Assembly (NCBI GenBank): GCA_965232515.1
Contig: CBDDPY010000002.1
Location: 1,472,001 to 1,536,000 of the forward strand
DNA: 64,000 nt
From: Alphaproteobacteria bacterium
Lineage (GTDB): Bacteria > Pseudomonadota > Alphaproteobacteria > GCA-2731375
Direction of reading: 5' to 3'
The position numbers and the translations under genes are program-made. Under the pieces are notes generated by a model, which saw only the letters and a program-made list of their open reading frames with translations, was not told the DNA's origin and searched no databases. This document shows positions 54,166-62,383 of this stretch, one piece after another. Within the stretch, counting starts at the first letter, position 1. Every line of letters begins with the position of its first letter.

Positions 54166-55281
54166 ATGGCACAGGCTTGGCGCATTCTGATCGACAAGGA
54201 TCACATCGAGCAAGCGGAGCTGGACGAGAGCCAGGCCGGGCCGGCGGCGCTGGCGGGCGGCGGGATTTCGGTGGCGCTGACGCGCTGCGGACTGACCGCG
54301 AACAACGTGACCTACGCGGCGCTGGGCAAATCGTTCAAGGCGGTGAGCGAAGACATTGGCTATTGGGGCTTCTTCCCCTCGGGCCAGGAAGGCCACGGCC
54401 TGCTGCCGGTCTGGGGTTTCGCCACCGTCGAGGAGTCGCGCTCGCCGGAGATCGCCATCGGGGAAGAACTCTATGGCTTCTTTCCGCTCGCCGCCCGCAC
54501 CACGATGACGCCGGCCGGCGTCAGCGCCACCGGCCTGGTCGACGCCAGCACGCACCGCCAGCCGCTCGCCGCCGTTTACAACGGCTATGTGCGGCTCGCC
54601 GGCCTGCCGCCGATCCCGGACGACGAGAAGAACCTGTGGGCCGTCTTTCGGCCGCTGCTGATGACCGGCTACTTCATCGCCGACCAGTTCGAGGACGAGA
54701 GCTTCTACGGCGCCGAACGCATCATCGTCGCCAGCGCGTCCAGCAAGACGGCGCTGATGACCGCTTATTGCTTCCGCCGGCTCGCGAACTGCCCACCGCT
54801 GATCGGTCTCACCTCGAAGGCCAATGTCGGTTACGTGCGCGGCTCGGCGCTCTACGACGACGTCATGACCTATGACGACATCGACGCGGCCGAGAACTCG
54901 ACCCCGGCGGCCTTCATCGACATCGCCGGCAACAGCGACGTCACACGCCGCCTGCACGACCGCCTGAATGACCGGCTGACCTTCAGCCTGCGTGTCGGCA
55001 TGTCGCACTGGCAGGCGACCGGCGGCGAGCCGCCGCGCGCCGGCCCCCGCGTCGCGGGCTTTTTCGCGCCCGAACGCATCAAAAAGCGCAGCGCCGAATG
55101 GGGCGGCGACGGCTTCCGCGAACGGACCACGGCCGCCTGGACCGGCTTCCTGAAGATCGCTCCCAACCTCGCCAGGATCACCACCCTCACCGGCCCCGAC
55201 GCCGCCCGCCACGCCTACCGCACGCTGGTCGCCGGCGATGTCGACCCGAACGAGGCGCTGGTGCTTACGTTTCAATCCTGA
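54166..55281 (+). CDS. DUF2855-like protein
   Basis: GLTANNVTYA, YWGFFP, PVWGFA, SASSKTA, IGLTS..N, VGMSHW, FFAP. Confidence 0.75.
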   Translation: MAQAWRILIDKDHIEQAELDESQAGPAALAGGGISVALTRCGLTANNVTYAALGKSFKAVSEDIGYWGFFPSGQEGHGLLPVWGFATVEESRSPEIAIGEELYGFFPLAARTTMTPAGVSATGLVDASTHRQPLAAVYNGYVRLAGLPPIPDDEKNLWAVFRPLLMTGYFIADQFEDESFYGAERIIVASASSKTALMTAYCFRRLANCPPLIGLTSKANVGYVRGSALYDDVMTYDDIDAAENSTPAAFIDIAGNSDVTRRLHDRLNDRLTFSLRVGMSHWQATGGEPPRAGPRVAGFFAPERIKKRSAEWGGDGFRERTTAAWTGFLKIAPNLARITTLTGPDAARHAYRTLVAGDVDPNEALVLTFQS

Positions 55282-55298
55282 TGGTCCGAAATAGTTGA

Positions 55299-55316
55299 GC
55301 ACACTGTCACCGGAAT
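55299..55316 (+). repeat. 18-bp motif copy A (15/18)
   Basis: GCACACTGTCACCGGAAT. Confidence 0.65.
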
Positions 55317-55375
55317 CCTGTCCGTTCGAACGTGAGCCGTTCTTCGAGATACGGGATTAAGATGGATTGCGGTGG

Positions 55376-55393
55376 GTTATAGTGACAGTTTAC
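55376..55393 (-). repeat. 18-bp motif copy B (15/18, inverted)
   Basis: Reverse complement reads GTAAACTGTCACTATAAC. Confidence 0.7.
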
Positions 55394-55451
55394 GGCGCCC
55401 CCAATAGCAATGGTGGCGCAGGCCGAGTTGGATACTTAAAAAAGGGTTTCA

Positions 55452-55469
55452 GTAAACTGTCACCGTAAT
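55452..55469 (+). repeat. 18-bp motif copy C (exact)
   Basis: GTAAACTGTCACCGTAAT. Confidence 0.9.
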
Positions 55470-55508
55470 GGATAAAGCAGTGATGCAGAACGCGCTGGAG
55501 GACAAGCG

Positions 55509-55928
55509 ATGAGAGTGGACGGGAACTGCCATTGCGGGAATATCGTTTTCGAAGCGGAAGTCGACCCAAAGAAGGTACAGATTTGCCATTGTCTGGACTG
55601 TCAAACGCTAACCGGATCGGCATTTCGAATCACGGTTCAGGCAAAGCCCGATAGTTTCCGCCTTTTGCAGGGCGATCCGAAAGTCTATTTCAAAACCGCC
55701 GACAGTGGCTCGCGACGGGGACACGCGTTCTGTGGCGACTGTGGTTCTCCAGTGTATCGCCTGCCGACGGACAATAGCCCCAACTACTCCCTCCGGGTCG
55801 GTGGTCTTCATCAAAGGGCGGAGTTTGATCCCCCAGCAAGGCAAATCTGGACCAGCCGCCGGCTCCCGTGGGTTACCGAAATCAATGCAATACGAGAGAT
55901 TAATCCGCCAGTCCAAAGACAAAGCTAA
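55509..55928 (+). CDS. GFA (CENP-V) family zinc-binding protein
   Basis: GNCHCG, CHCLDCQ, FCGDCGS. Confidence 0.92.
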   Translation: MRVDGNCHCGNIVFEAEVDPKKVQICHCLDCQTLTGSAFRITVQAKPDSFRLLQGDPKVYFKTADSGSRRGHAFCGDCGSPVYRLPTDNSPNYSLRVGGLHQRAEFDPPARQIWTSRRLPWVTEINAIREINPPVQRQS

Positions 55929-56033
55929 TCACGCTCCGTGGATTCGAGCGAGGCGCGGTGCTGACGTTTTAGCTCCGGCCGGTGCGAAACGGCCAAGTCC
56001 CGATGCGCCCGAACCGAAGCGTGATCGTATCGA

Positions 56034-56060
56034 CAGGTTCAGATCATGCCCCCGTAACCA
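56034..56060 (+). other. tRNA-fMet 3'-end remnant (att-like scar 1)
   Basis: CAGGTTCAGATCATGCCCCCGTAACCA versus the typical initiator tRNA end CAGGTTCAAATCCTGCCCCCGCAACCA; followed by terminator-like AGGCGGGC..GCCCGTCTTTTT. Confidence 0.65.
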
Positions 56061-56155
56061 ACTTGCACCGAGATAATCCAATTAAAGCAATGACTAACCA
56101 AGGCGGGCCAGGAGCCCGTCTTTTTCGTTCGATCAAGAATCAATGACTTAGCCCG

Positions 56156-56179
56156 CAAGTTCAAACCACCCCGCAACCA
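56156..56179 (+). other. Degenerate tRNA-fMet 3'-end remnant (att-like scar 2)
   Basis: CAAGTTCAAACCACCCCGCAACCA followed by GCCGATGAAGCAGAACA, which is shared with scar 3. Confidence 0.55.
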
Positions 56180-56422
56180 ACTCGCTGCCAAGTCTGCCGA
56201 TGAAGCAGAACAGCGAAGCGGTTGGGTTCGACCCACGGCGGTCGTTGAGACTAGGTGACATGAACGGCTGAAGAGCGGACAAAGCAGACAATCTCAAAGT
56301 AGGGCATCTTGCTGATATTCGCCCAAAACGGCCATTCCCCTAAAGCCATCCACAATACGCAACGATGTTGTTGCGTATTGTGGATGGCTTTAGCTTATGA
56401 AGGGCAACAAAGGAGTTGCACT

Positions 56423-56878
56423 ATGGCTAATTCAGACGACGACAGGATTGTGAAAGTCGTCGAGCTGCGGGCGCCGCTCGCTCGGGTTTGGAAAGCCCTT
56501 ACAGATCATAAGGAGTTCGGGCATTGGTTTCGCGTCGATCTCGATCAGAAGTTTCAGGTTGGCAGGAAGTCAACGGGCCAAATGACTTATCCAGGCCACG
56601 AAGGCGCCCCCTGGGTCGTTTATATCGAACGCATGGAGCCGGAGCGCCTGTTCACCTTTCACTGGTACGATTCCGATGACGGTTCGAAGCAAAATGACGA
56701 TCAGCCGGCCCTGCTGGTCGAGTTTCAGCTGGAAGAAATCCCGAACGGAACGCGCCTGACCATCACTGAGTCGGGGTTCTCCGCACTGCTCCATCCCCGC
56801 AGGATCGAGGTGATGCGAGGCAACCAAGAGGGCTGGAATATTCAGGCGGACAACCTTGCCCGATATTTATCAGCATAA
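56423..56878 (+). CDS. SRPBCC/AHSA1-like protein
   Basis: APLARVWKALTD..EFGHWF, GTRLTITESGF, NQEGW. Confidence 0.9.
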   Translation: MANSDDDRIVKVVELRAPLARVWKALTDHKEFGHWFRVDLDQKFQVGRKSTGQMTYPGHEGAPWVVYIERMEPERLFTFHWYDSDDGSKQNDDQPALLVEFQLEEIPNGTRLTITESGFSALLHPRRIEVMRGNQEGWNIQADNLARYLSA

Positions 56879-56900
56879 GGATCAAGAACCGGCTTCAGGC

Positions 56901-57167
56901 ATGGCCGCGGTCTTTGCCGCCCTTGGTGACGACACGCGGCTCGTGATCGTCTCCAAGCTCCAAGACGGGTCCGACCGCTCTATATCCAAACTTACCGAAG
57001 GCCTTTCGCTTACCCGTCAAGGCGTGAGCCGGCATTTGCGTGTTCTCGAAAAAGCCAGGCTTGTTCGCCGCCGTCGCGTTGGACGCGAAACGAGATATCA
57101 GCTTGAAGTCGAGGCGTTGAGCCGAGCAAGAGACTACCTTGCGCGCGCATCCTCGCAATGGTCCTGA
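56901..57167 (+). CDS. ArsR family regulator, probably C-terminally truncated
   Basis: VFAALGDDTRL, LTRQGVSRHLRVLE.A.LV; ends abruptly at QWS* where an IS-like end begins. Confidence 0.75.
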   Translation: MAAVFAALGDDTRLVIVSKLQDGSDRSISKLTEGLSLTRQGVSRHLRVLEKARLVRRRRVGRETRYQLEVEALSRARDYLARASSQWS

Positions 57168-57195
57168 CGTGCCCCCCAGAACTGGTCATTCAGCC
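57165..57195 (+). mobile_element. Isolated IS3-family-like terminal repeat
   Basis: TGACGTGCCCCCCAGAACTGG resembles IS3/IS407-type TGA..TGCCCCC ends; lies at the junction of two broken genes. Confidence 0.45.
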
Positions 57196-57222
57196 TGAGT
57201 GTTCGACTGTTTGAGTTTGCCC

Positions 57223-57525
57223 TTTGCGGGCGCGTTTCCGGTTGAAGTCGTGGAGGTGGAGAAGAACCGCCGCATCATCCTGCAGTGGGCGGCCGACGAC
57301 GGCGCCGATGATCCGGCCGGCGCTTATAGCACGACCGTCACGATGCGGTTCGAGTCGCTGGACGATGGGTGAACGCTCGTCTCCATCGCTGAGGAGGGAT
57401 GGCGCAAGACGGACGTCGGCCTTGAATCTTCCTATGGCAATTGCGGCGGCTGGATGCAGATGCTCTGCGCCATGAAGGCCTGGCTGGAGCATGGGGTGAA
57501 CCTGCGCGAGGGCATGTCCAAGTAA
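57223..57525 (+). pseudogene. SRPBCC family gene fragment
   Basis: FAGAFPVEVVEVEKNRRIILQW...TTVTMRFESLDDG*TLVSIAEEGW...NCGGWMQMLCAMKAWLEHGVNLR; no start codon; in-frame TGA at 57370-57372. Confidence 0.8.
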
Positions 57526-57562
57526 AGCAGCGCTCGTGGCGAGGCGCTCTTCAATCCCTTTG

Positions 57563-57889
57563 TCAGCGTTTCCGCTTCCCCCTTGCGATCTCTGTGGCGA
57601 GTGCTTCGAACCTCGGTTCCCAGAACCGCCGGAATGGGGCGAGCCAGTGGTCGACTTCTTCAAGGCCTGAGGCGTTGAGGGCGTAGATGCGGCGAGTGCC
57701 CTCCTCGGTCACCGTCGCGAACCCGTTCTCTCGCAACGTCCTGAGATGCTGCGAAACGGCCGGCTGGGTGATCCCGAATTCCCCACCCACGATCTCAACA
57801 ATCGCACCGGAGGAAAGTTCGTGATCGGACAGTAGTTCGAGGATACGCCTGCGCACCGGATCGCCAAGTATATCAAAAGCGTGCATCAC
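57563..57889 (-). CDS. ArsR family transcriptional regulator
   Basis: FDILGDPVRRRILELL, ITQPAVSQHLRTLRE. Confidence 0.92.
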   Translation of the reverse strand: MMHAFDILGDPVRRRILELLSDHELSSGAIVEIVGGEFGITQPAVSQHLRTLRENGFATVTEEGTRRIYALNASGLEEVDHWLAPFRRFWEPRFEALATEIARGKRKR

Positions 57890-58527
57890 TCGCCCACATA
57901 AGCCGCACCCGTGCGCGCCGCCATGGCGCGCGCGACGTCGGGTGCTTCACCCGCCGCGATGTGCGCTGCCCCCCAAGCGTCAGCGCAGGCGTGCATGAAC
58001 GCCTTGCCCGCATCCGAAGCCATCCAGGCATCGTTGGCTTCGCGGTCGATCGGCGCGCCGCCGCTGTCCAGGTGAAGGGCCAGGCCGAGGAACGACAGGT
58101 CCCAGCCGACGCCGGTCGCGCCGGGGCCGAATTGCGTCCAGTGCTCTTCGCCGACTTCGTCCTTCAACATTGTATGTTCAAGCGTCAGGCGCGTGCCGTC
58201 CCCGTCAGACGCGAGCCGGATGGTCACCCAGCTCACATGCCCGCCGAATTCCCAGGTCGCGTCCAGCGCCTCGGGTGGGTCGCATCGGGTAATCTCACCT
58301 GCGGCATTGCCCTCCAACTGATATCGGCCGCCGAGCCGGAGATCCCCTGTGATCGGCAGGAACCAGCGAGGAAGGCGTTCGATATTGGTCAGCGCGTCCC
58401 AAAGGTCGTCCGGATCGGTGGCGTAGGTGCGCGCGCCCCTCACGACACGAACTGGTTTGCCGTCATGTGTGGCACCCCTAACCTCACGAAACTCGATGCC
58501 GAGCGCGTCGCTGTAGTCCATTGCCAT
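57886..58527 (-). CDS. SRPBCC family protein
   Basis: DLWDALT..ERLPRWFLP..GDLRLGGRYQLEGNA, GPGATGVGW. Confidence 0.9.
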   Translation of the reverse strand: MAMDYSDALGIEFREVRGATHDGKPVRVVRGARTYATDPDDLWDALTNIERLPRWFLPITGDLRLGGRYQLEGNAAGEITRCDPPEALDATWEFGGHVSWVTIRLASDGDGTRLTLEHTMLKDEVGEEHWTQFGPGATGVGWDLSFLGLALHLDSGGAPIDREANDAWMASDAGKAFMHACADAWGAAHIAAGEAPDVARAMAARTGAAYVGE

Positions 58528-58655
58528 GTTTCGACTCCTAGCATAAGGCTGGACTAATATAAATTATCACTTATATCAAGTTGATCGACGACAGCCCTGT
58601 TGGGATTGCGGCTAGACATTACCGATCGCTAGCGGACGCGCCACCGACCGATATG

Positions 58656-58705
58656 GGCCAGAGAACGAACCGCTCTCTCCCGCGAGAGCGGTTCGTTCTC
58701 TGGCC
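58656..58705. other. Perfect 22-bp inverted repeat
   Basis: GGCCAGAGAACGAACCGCTCTC-TCCCGC-GAGAGCGGTTCGTTCTCTGGCC. Confidence 0.85.
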
Positions 58706-58902
58706 GATTGCAGCCGTTGCAATACTGACATTGTGATTGTGGGCCAGTCTACTCGTCCGAAGGCGTCCTATGGACGATCTTGGACCACTATGCCGCAGCT
58801 TGGAAAAGACCCTGCTGATTTCGGTGGTTGCGTGCCCTTGCAACCATTCCTCAATCACCTTTTTTACTTGGAGCCCTTCCACCCGAGTGAGTCTATGAAA
58901 TA

Positions 58903-58923
58903 CAAATCCTGCCCCCGCAACCA
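58903..58923 (+). other. tRNA-fMet 3'-end remnant (att-like scar 3)
   Basis: CAAATCCTGCCCCCGCAACCA matches the last 21 nt of typical alphaproteobacterial initiator tRNA; the rest of the cloverleaf is absent. Confidence 0.7.
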
Positions 58924-59014
58924 GCATGCATCCAGATCGGCCGATGAAGCAGAACAAACAAGCAGCCGGGTTCGGGCGGAAGCGGCCGGTAGGCGGACCA
59001 GGCGGGCTTTCGGC

Positions 59015-59554
59015 CTAGGAGACAATCGCCGAAACGGCTCGATTGATTTGCGCGCCCAATTCGACGGCTTGATAGGTTGGCCGCAGCGGTCGCAGCGAGA
59101 CATCGACGTGGCGTCGAACGCACGCGTGGTCTTCGAGCTGTTGAAGCGACGTCGACAATGCGCGATCCGTGATTGGCACAAGATCGGCTTTGATCTCCCT
59201 GAACCGTCGGGGCGCCCCGGTAACGGCGAGTATGGGTAGGGTCCAGGCGCGGCGGAGCAAGGCGGCCTCAGGCTTTTCCTTCACGGTATCAATGAGCTGA
59301 CCGGCGACGAGCGCGATATCGCGCCCCTTGGCGGTCAGCCGGTACTCCGGGCGAAGCGGGTGACCGTGCCCGGGATTTCTTTCCAGCAGGCCCAGCCGGA
59401 TCAGATGCTCCAGGCTCGCTTTGAAGGCCGTCCGGGTGGCGCCGGTCGCAGCCAACAACGGCGCCTGCCGGCCCGGCATCCCGGCGCCGAGAAGCGCCAG
59501 AATGTCCAGCGACCAGGCCCTAGACGCGAGCTTGACAAGCATCTCTATGTCCAT
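59015..59554 (-). CDS. Tandem HxlR-type winged-helix regulator
   Basis: Two wHTH halves (RAWSLDIL...RPEYRLT; RAWTLPIL...ITDRALSTSL). Confidence 0.8.
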   Translation of the reverse strand: MDIEMLVKLASRAWSLDILALLGAGMPGRQAPLLAATGATRTAFKASLEHLIRLGLLERNPGHGHPLRPEYRLTAKGRDIALVAGQLIDTVKEKPEAALLRRAWTLPILAVTGAPRRFREIKADLVPITDRALSTSLQQLEDHACVRRHVDVSLRPLRPTYQAVELGAQINRAVSAIVS

Positions 59555-59593
59555 AAAGTATAGTAACTAAAATTTTGATCGAGGGGAAGCGCG

Positions 59594-59971
59594 ATGCCTG
59601 TCGCCACGCTGGATAACACCATAACGCTTGCACTGTCGGTCCGCGATCGTCGCCTGAGCGCGCAGTGGTACAGCGATAATCTGGGCTTTGCGCTGGTGCA
59701 TCACATCGACGATGCGGGGTGGACCGAGCTGCAGACCAAGACGGAAGGCGTCACCCTGGGTTTGGGCGAGCAGACCGAACCGACACCGGGCAACACCGTG
59801 CCTGTGTTCGGCGTCGCGGACATTGCAACCGCGCGCGCGAATCTCGAGGCGGCCGGCGTGAGGTTCGATGGCGAAACCGAAACCATTGAAGGCATGGTCA
59901 GCACCGCCACGTTTTATGATCCCGACGGAAATGCGCTGATGCTGGCGCAGGATCTTTCCGGTGGCGGATAG
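59594..59971 (+). CDS. VOC (glyoxalase/bleomycin resistance) family protein
   Basis: LSVRD..SAQWY...LGF, FGVADI, FYDPDGN. Confidence 0.9.
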   Translation: MPVATLDNTITLALSVRDRRLSAQWYSDNLGFALVHHIDDAGWTELQTKTEGVTLGLGEQTEPTPGNTVPVFGVADIATARANLEAAGVRFDGETETIEGMVSTATFYDPDGNALMLAQDLSGGG

Positions 59972-60093
59972 CGCTTGGGATCGAGAGACCGCTCCCCTGC
60001 CCGGCTGAGATAAATTGGACTCCGCCAAGCTAGCCGCCGTGCCCTGCCGAACGTCGATGATTAATCGGAATTGGGTTTGGAAGTGAGGATTTC

Positions 60094-60111
60094 GTAAACT
60101 GTCACCGTAAT
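60094..60111 (+). repeat. 18-bp motif copy D (exact)
   Basis: GTAAACTGTCACCGTAAT. Confidence 0.9.
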
Positions 60112-60133
60112 CCCAGGTCGGCAATCCGGGCGT

Positions 60134-60784
60134 TCAAGCCGCGCGGCGCGCTCGCATCGCGGCGAGCGCGCCAAGCCCGGAGATCAGCAACCACACGCCT
60201 GCCGGCAGCGGGATCGGCGTGACGCCGAGCGTCAGCGTGTAGTCGTAACCGTAATCCCGCACGCCGGGACCGATCGAGCCTGCACCGAGCCCGACTTGTG
60301 CGCGATAGAGACCAGCGCCGAGGCCGAGTTCCGCCTCGGGTATCGCGAGCGACAGCGGCAAACTCACAGGAGGGTCGTTGGTGCTGAAAACCAGGGTGGA
60401 CGGCGTTCCCGCGATCCCATCGTCGGTTACGCCCGTTCTGACCTCCGTACTCGCATCGAAGGCCAAGCTGACCGTGCTGTCGGAGTTGTTGAAGAAAGAG
60501 GTCACGGTCAGCATCACGCTGCTAAGTTGAAGATTGGGCTGGATAGTGAACAGAAACCGGTCATCGTCGACGACAAGTGCGAATGACGAAAAACTGAGAA
60601 AGAACGATGTCGTTCCCGTGAAAACATTGTCGCCCAAGCCAAGCACGAATGGCGGCAGGCTGAGATCGAGATCGCCGTCGATGGCCTCGTCGTAGGTGAT
60701 CGGCGCCGCCTTCGCGGGCGCGGCGTGGCCGGCCATGGCCAGCAGAGCCAGGCCAGGCATGCCCTTGGTCAGTCGTCGAAACAT
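60134..60784 (-). CDS. VPLPA-CTERM sorting-domain protein
   Basis: Signal peptide (AKA-AP), YDEAIDGDL, C-terminal PIPLPAGVWLLISGLGALAAMRARR. Confidence 0.9.
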   Translation of the reverse strand: MFRRLTKGMPGLALLAMAGHAAPAKAAPITYDEAIDGDLDLSLPPFVLGLGDNVFTGTTSFFLSFSSFALVVDDDRFLFTIQPNLQLSSVMLTVTSFFNNSDSTVSLAFDASTEVRTGVTDDGIAGTPSTLVFSTNDPPVSLPLSLAIPEAELGLGAGLYRAQVGLGAGSIGPGVRDYGYDYTLTLGVTPIPLPAGVWLLISGLGALAAMRARRAA

Positions 60785-60809
60785 GCCGCTCTAGCCATTT
60801 GGGGATTAA

Positions 60810-60827
60810 GTAAACTGTCACCGTAAT
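60810..60827 (+). repeat. 18-bp motif copy E (exact)
   Basis: GTAAACTGTCACCGTAAT. Confidence 0.9.
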
Positions 60828-60841
60828 TCCGGCGCGGCGCG

Positions 60842-61444
60842 TCACGCGGTCACGCGCACGCGCTTTGCCAAGGCAGAAGCGCCCAGTGCGCCGAGACCGG
60901 TAAGGAAGAGCGAGATAGAGGCGGGCAGCGGAATGGATGTTGGCGGCGATGCGATCCCGACCAGCACATTTGAGCCCGGCGCATAGTTAAACCTAGCGAA
61001 GTCACCGATCCTGTGGATTGGCGAGCCTCCGGAAATGCTACGAAATTCCCACCGAAAGGAGCTGTCGTTGTCGTCGATAATGGTAAAGCGCCCGCCACTG
61101 CCGAAGCTCATGAAAAGCGCCGTACCGGTTGCCGTCAATGCGTAGTCGCCGCGAATATCGATCGTCGAGTTTGCCGGGGTTAGCGTTGTGACAAAATTGA
61201 AGGGTGCGCCGTTGACCGCGCCGACAGCGTCGAGTGTCAGACTGTAATCGAGGATCTGCGCGGCAGAAGAAATGGTTCCGATGTCCTCAATCTCAAAAAG
61301 CCCCTCCATCGATGCACGCGGGCAACCCGTCTGGCAGGCGATGCCGCTTGTGTTGGAAAAGGCGGCATAGGTAATCGCTTTGGCCGCAACCGGGTGTAAG
61401 AGGCCAAGCGTGAGCGCAAGGACGGCAAGAATTCGAGGTTCCAT
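60842..61444 (-). CDS. VPLPA-CTERM sorting-domain protein
   Basis: Signal peptide (AKA-IT), C-terminal IPLPASISLFLTGLGALGASALAKR. Confidence 0.85.
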   Translation of the reverse strand: MEPRILAVLALTLGLLHPVAAKAITYAAFSNTSGIACQTGCPRASMEGLFEIEDIGTISSAAQILDYSLTLDAVGAVNGAPFNFVTTLTPANSTIDIRGDYALTATGTALFMSFGSGGRFTIIDDNDSSFRWEFRSISGGSPIHRIGDFARFNYAPGSNVLVGIASPPTSIPLPASISLFLTGLGALGASALAKRVRVTA

Positions 61445-61497
61445 GGGTGGTTTCTTTCTCAAGTTGTGCGACGCAAGCCGCGGTACAAACAACTTGC

Positions 61498-62154
61498 TCA
61501 TGACATCTTCCAGGGGCCGATGCGGCGGCGCCGGGCGAGAGCAAGTCCGGCAAGGCCGCTGAGAACGAGGGCGAGACTGCCCGGACCGGTCACTTCCTGC
61601 GTTTCGGCCGTGATCGTGATGGGGCCCAGCGCCTCTTCGATGGCCAGCACGCCCACGAAACTTCCACGAGGAAACGACACCGGCCCGAACCGCGGGCTGA
61701 GGATTACCGTGAACGGGTCGGGGCCGCTTAGAGACAACAAGCCGTCCGTGGGCTGTCCGGTACCCAACACCGCATCCGTGATGGCAACGGCTGGATCGAT
61801 GAAGCTGAACTCGAGGTTAATGCTGATGGGGAGAGGGAGACCACTCGTTCCAATTCGCAGGTCGAACGGGTTTACGGGCCGCAGGGCGACGACGCCGGAC
61901 GGGTCAAAATCGATGTTCAAAAGGCCTGTTGCGCTGCCCAGCGTCACCTCGACCTGAAACTCGTCGCCCGCGCCAATCGTCGCGGTATCCGAGACCGGCG
62001 CAACGGATGCAAGGGTCGTCGGGCTTCCAAAAACGGATGTCGCGCTTGCCGACAGCGAGACCTCAAATCCGGTGAAATCCAGGATTGGCGCGGACTGGGC
62101 CGCCGTCGGAAGGCTCATTGCAAGTGCCAACGCCGCAATGGCTCTGATGAACAT
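61498..62154 (-). CDS. PEP-CTERM-like protein with a variant sorting motif
   Basis: Signal peptide (AQS-AP), C-terminal VTGPGSLALVLSGLAGLALARRRR; RBS GGAG. Confidence 0.8.
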   Translation of the reverse strand: MFIRAIAALALAMSLPTAAQSAPILDFTGFEVSLSASATSVFGSPTTLASVAPVSDTATIGAGDEFQVEVTLGSATGLLNIDFDPSGVVALRPVNPFDLRIGTSGLPLPISINLEFSFIDPAVAITDAVLGTGQPTDGLLSLSGPDPFTVILSPRFGPVSFPRGSFVGVLAIEEALGPITITAETQEVTGPGSLALVLSGLAGLALARRRRIGPWKMS

Positions 62155-62230
62155 GGTTTACTCCCTTACCGACTCGTCCGCACGGCCAAGCGTGTTCGGC
62201 GCTCTCGCGTTCGTAGCAGCTTTCAAAAAG

Positions 62231-62265
62231 GAGTTCATTGCACCAGCGTCCCAATCTGCATGGCG
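62231..62265 (-). promoter_or_regulatory. 35-bp box facing the VPLPA-CTERM genes (candidate AraC operator)
   Basis: GAGTTCATTGCACCAGCGTCCCAATCTGCATGGCG; inverted copy at 62384-62418 (30/35). Confidence 0.55.
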
Positions 62266-62383
62266 CCGATTGACCCGTGCCCCTTCGCTGGCCGGCGCGA
62301 GGCCGTGGATCGCAGACAGGGATGTCGTTCGCCGTCCAGCGAGGGGCCCGCGACATCGGTCGTTCGTGTCAAAAAGTGGGAAA

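Noticed and set aside
56034-58923. Additional tRNA-Met genes
   Set aside because: Only T-arm and acceptor 3' fragments are present, with no D-arm or anticodon arm; recorded as att-like scars instead.
58619-59239. ORFs 58619-58957 (-) and 58733-59239 (+)
   Set aside because: No recognisable domain; they overlap the hairpin, the tRNA scar and the HxlR gene. The LVAGAGF peptide is just the antisense of the tRNA fragment.
55299-60827. 18-bp repeats as a CRISPR array or integron attC sites
   Set aside because: Spacing is irregular (58 bp to 4.6 kb), orientation is mixed, there is no cas or intI gene, and no RYYYAAC/GTTRRRY palindromic structure.
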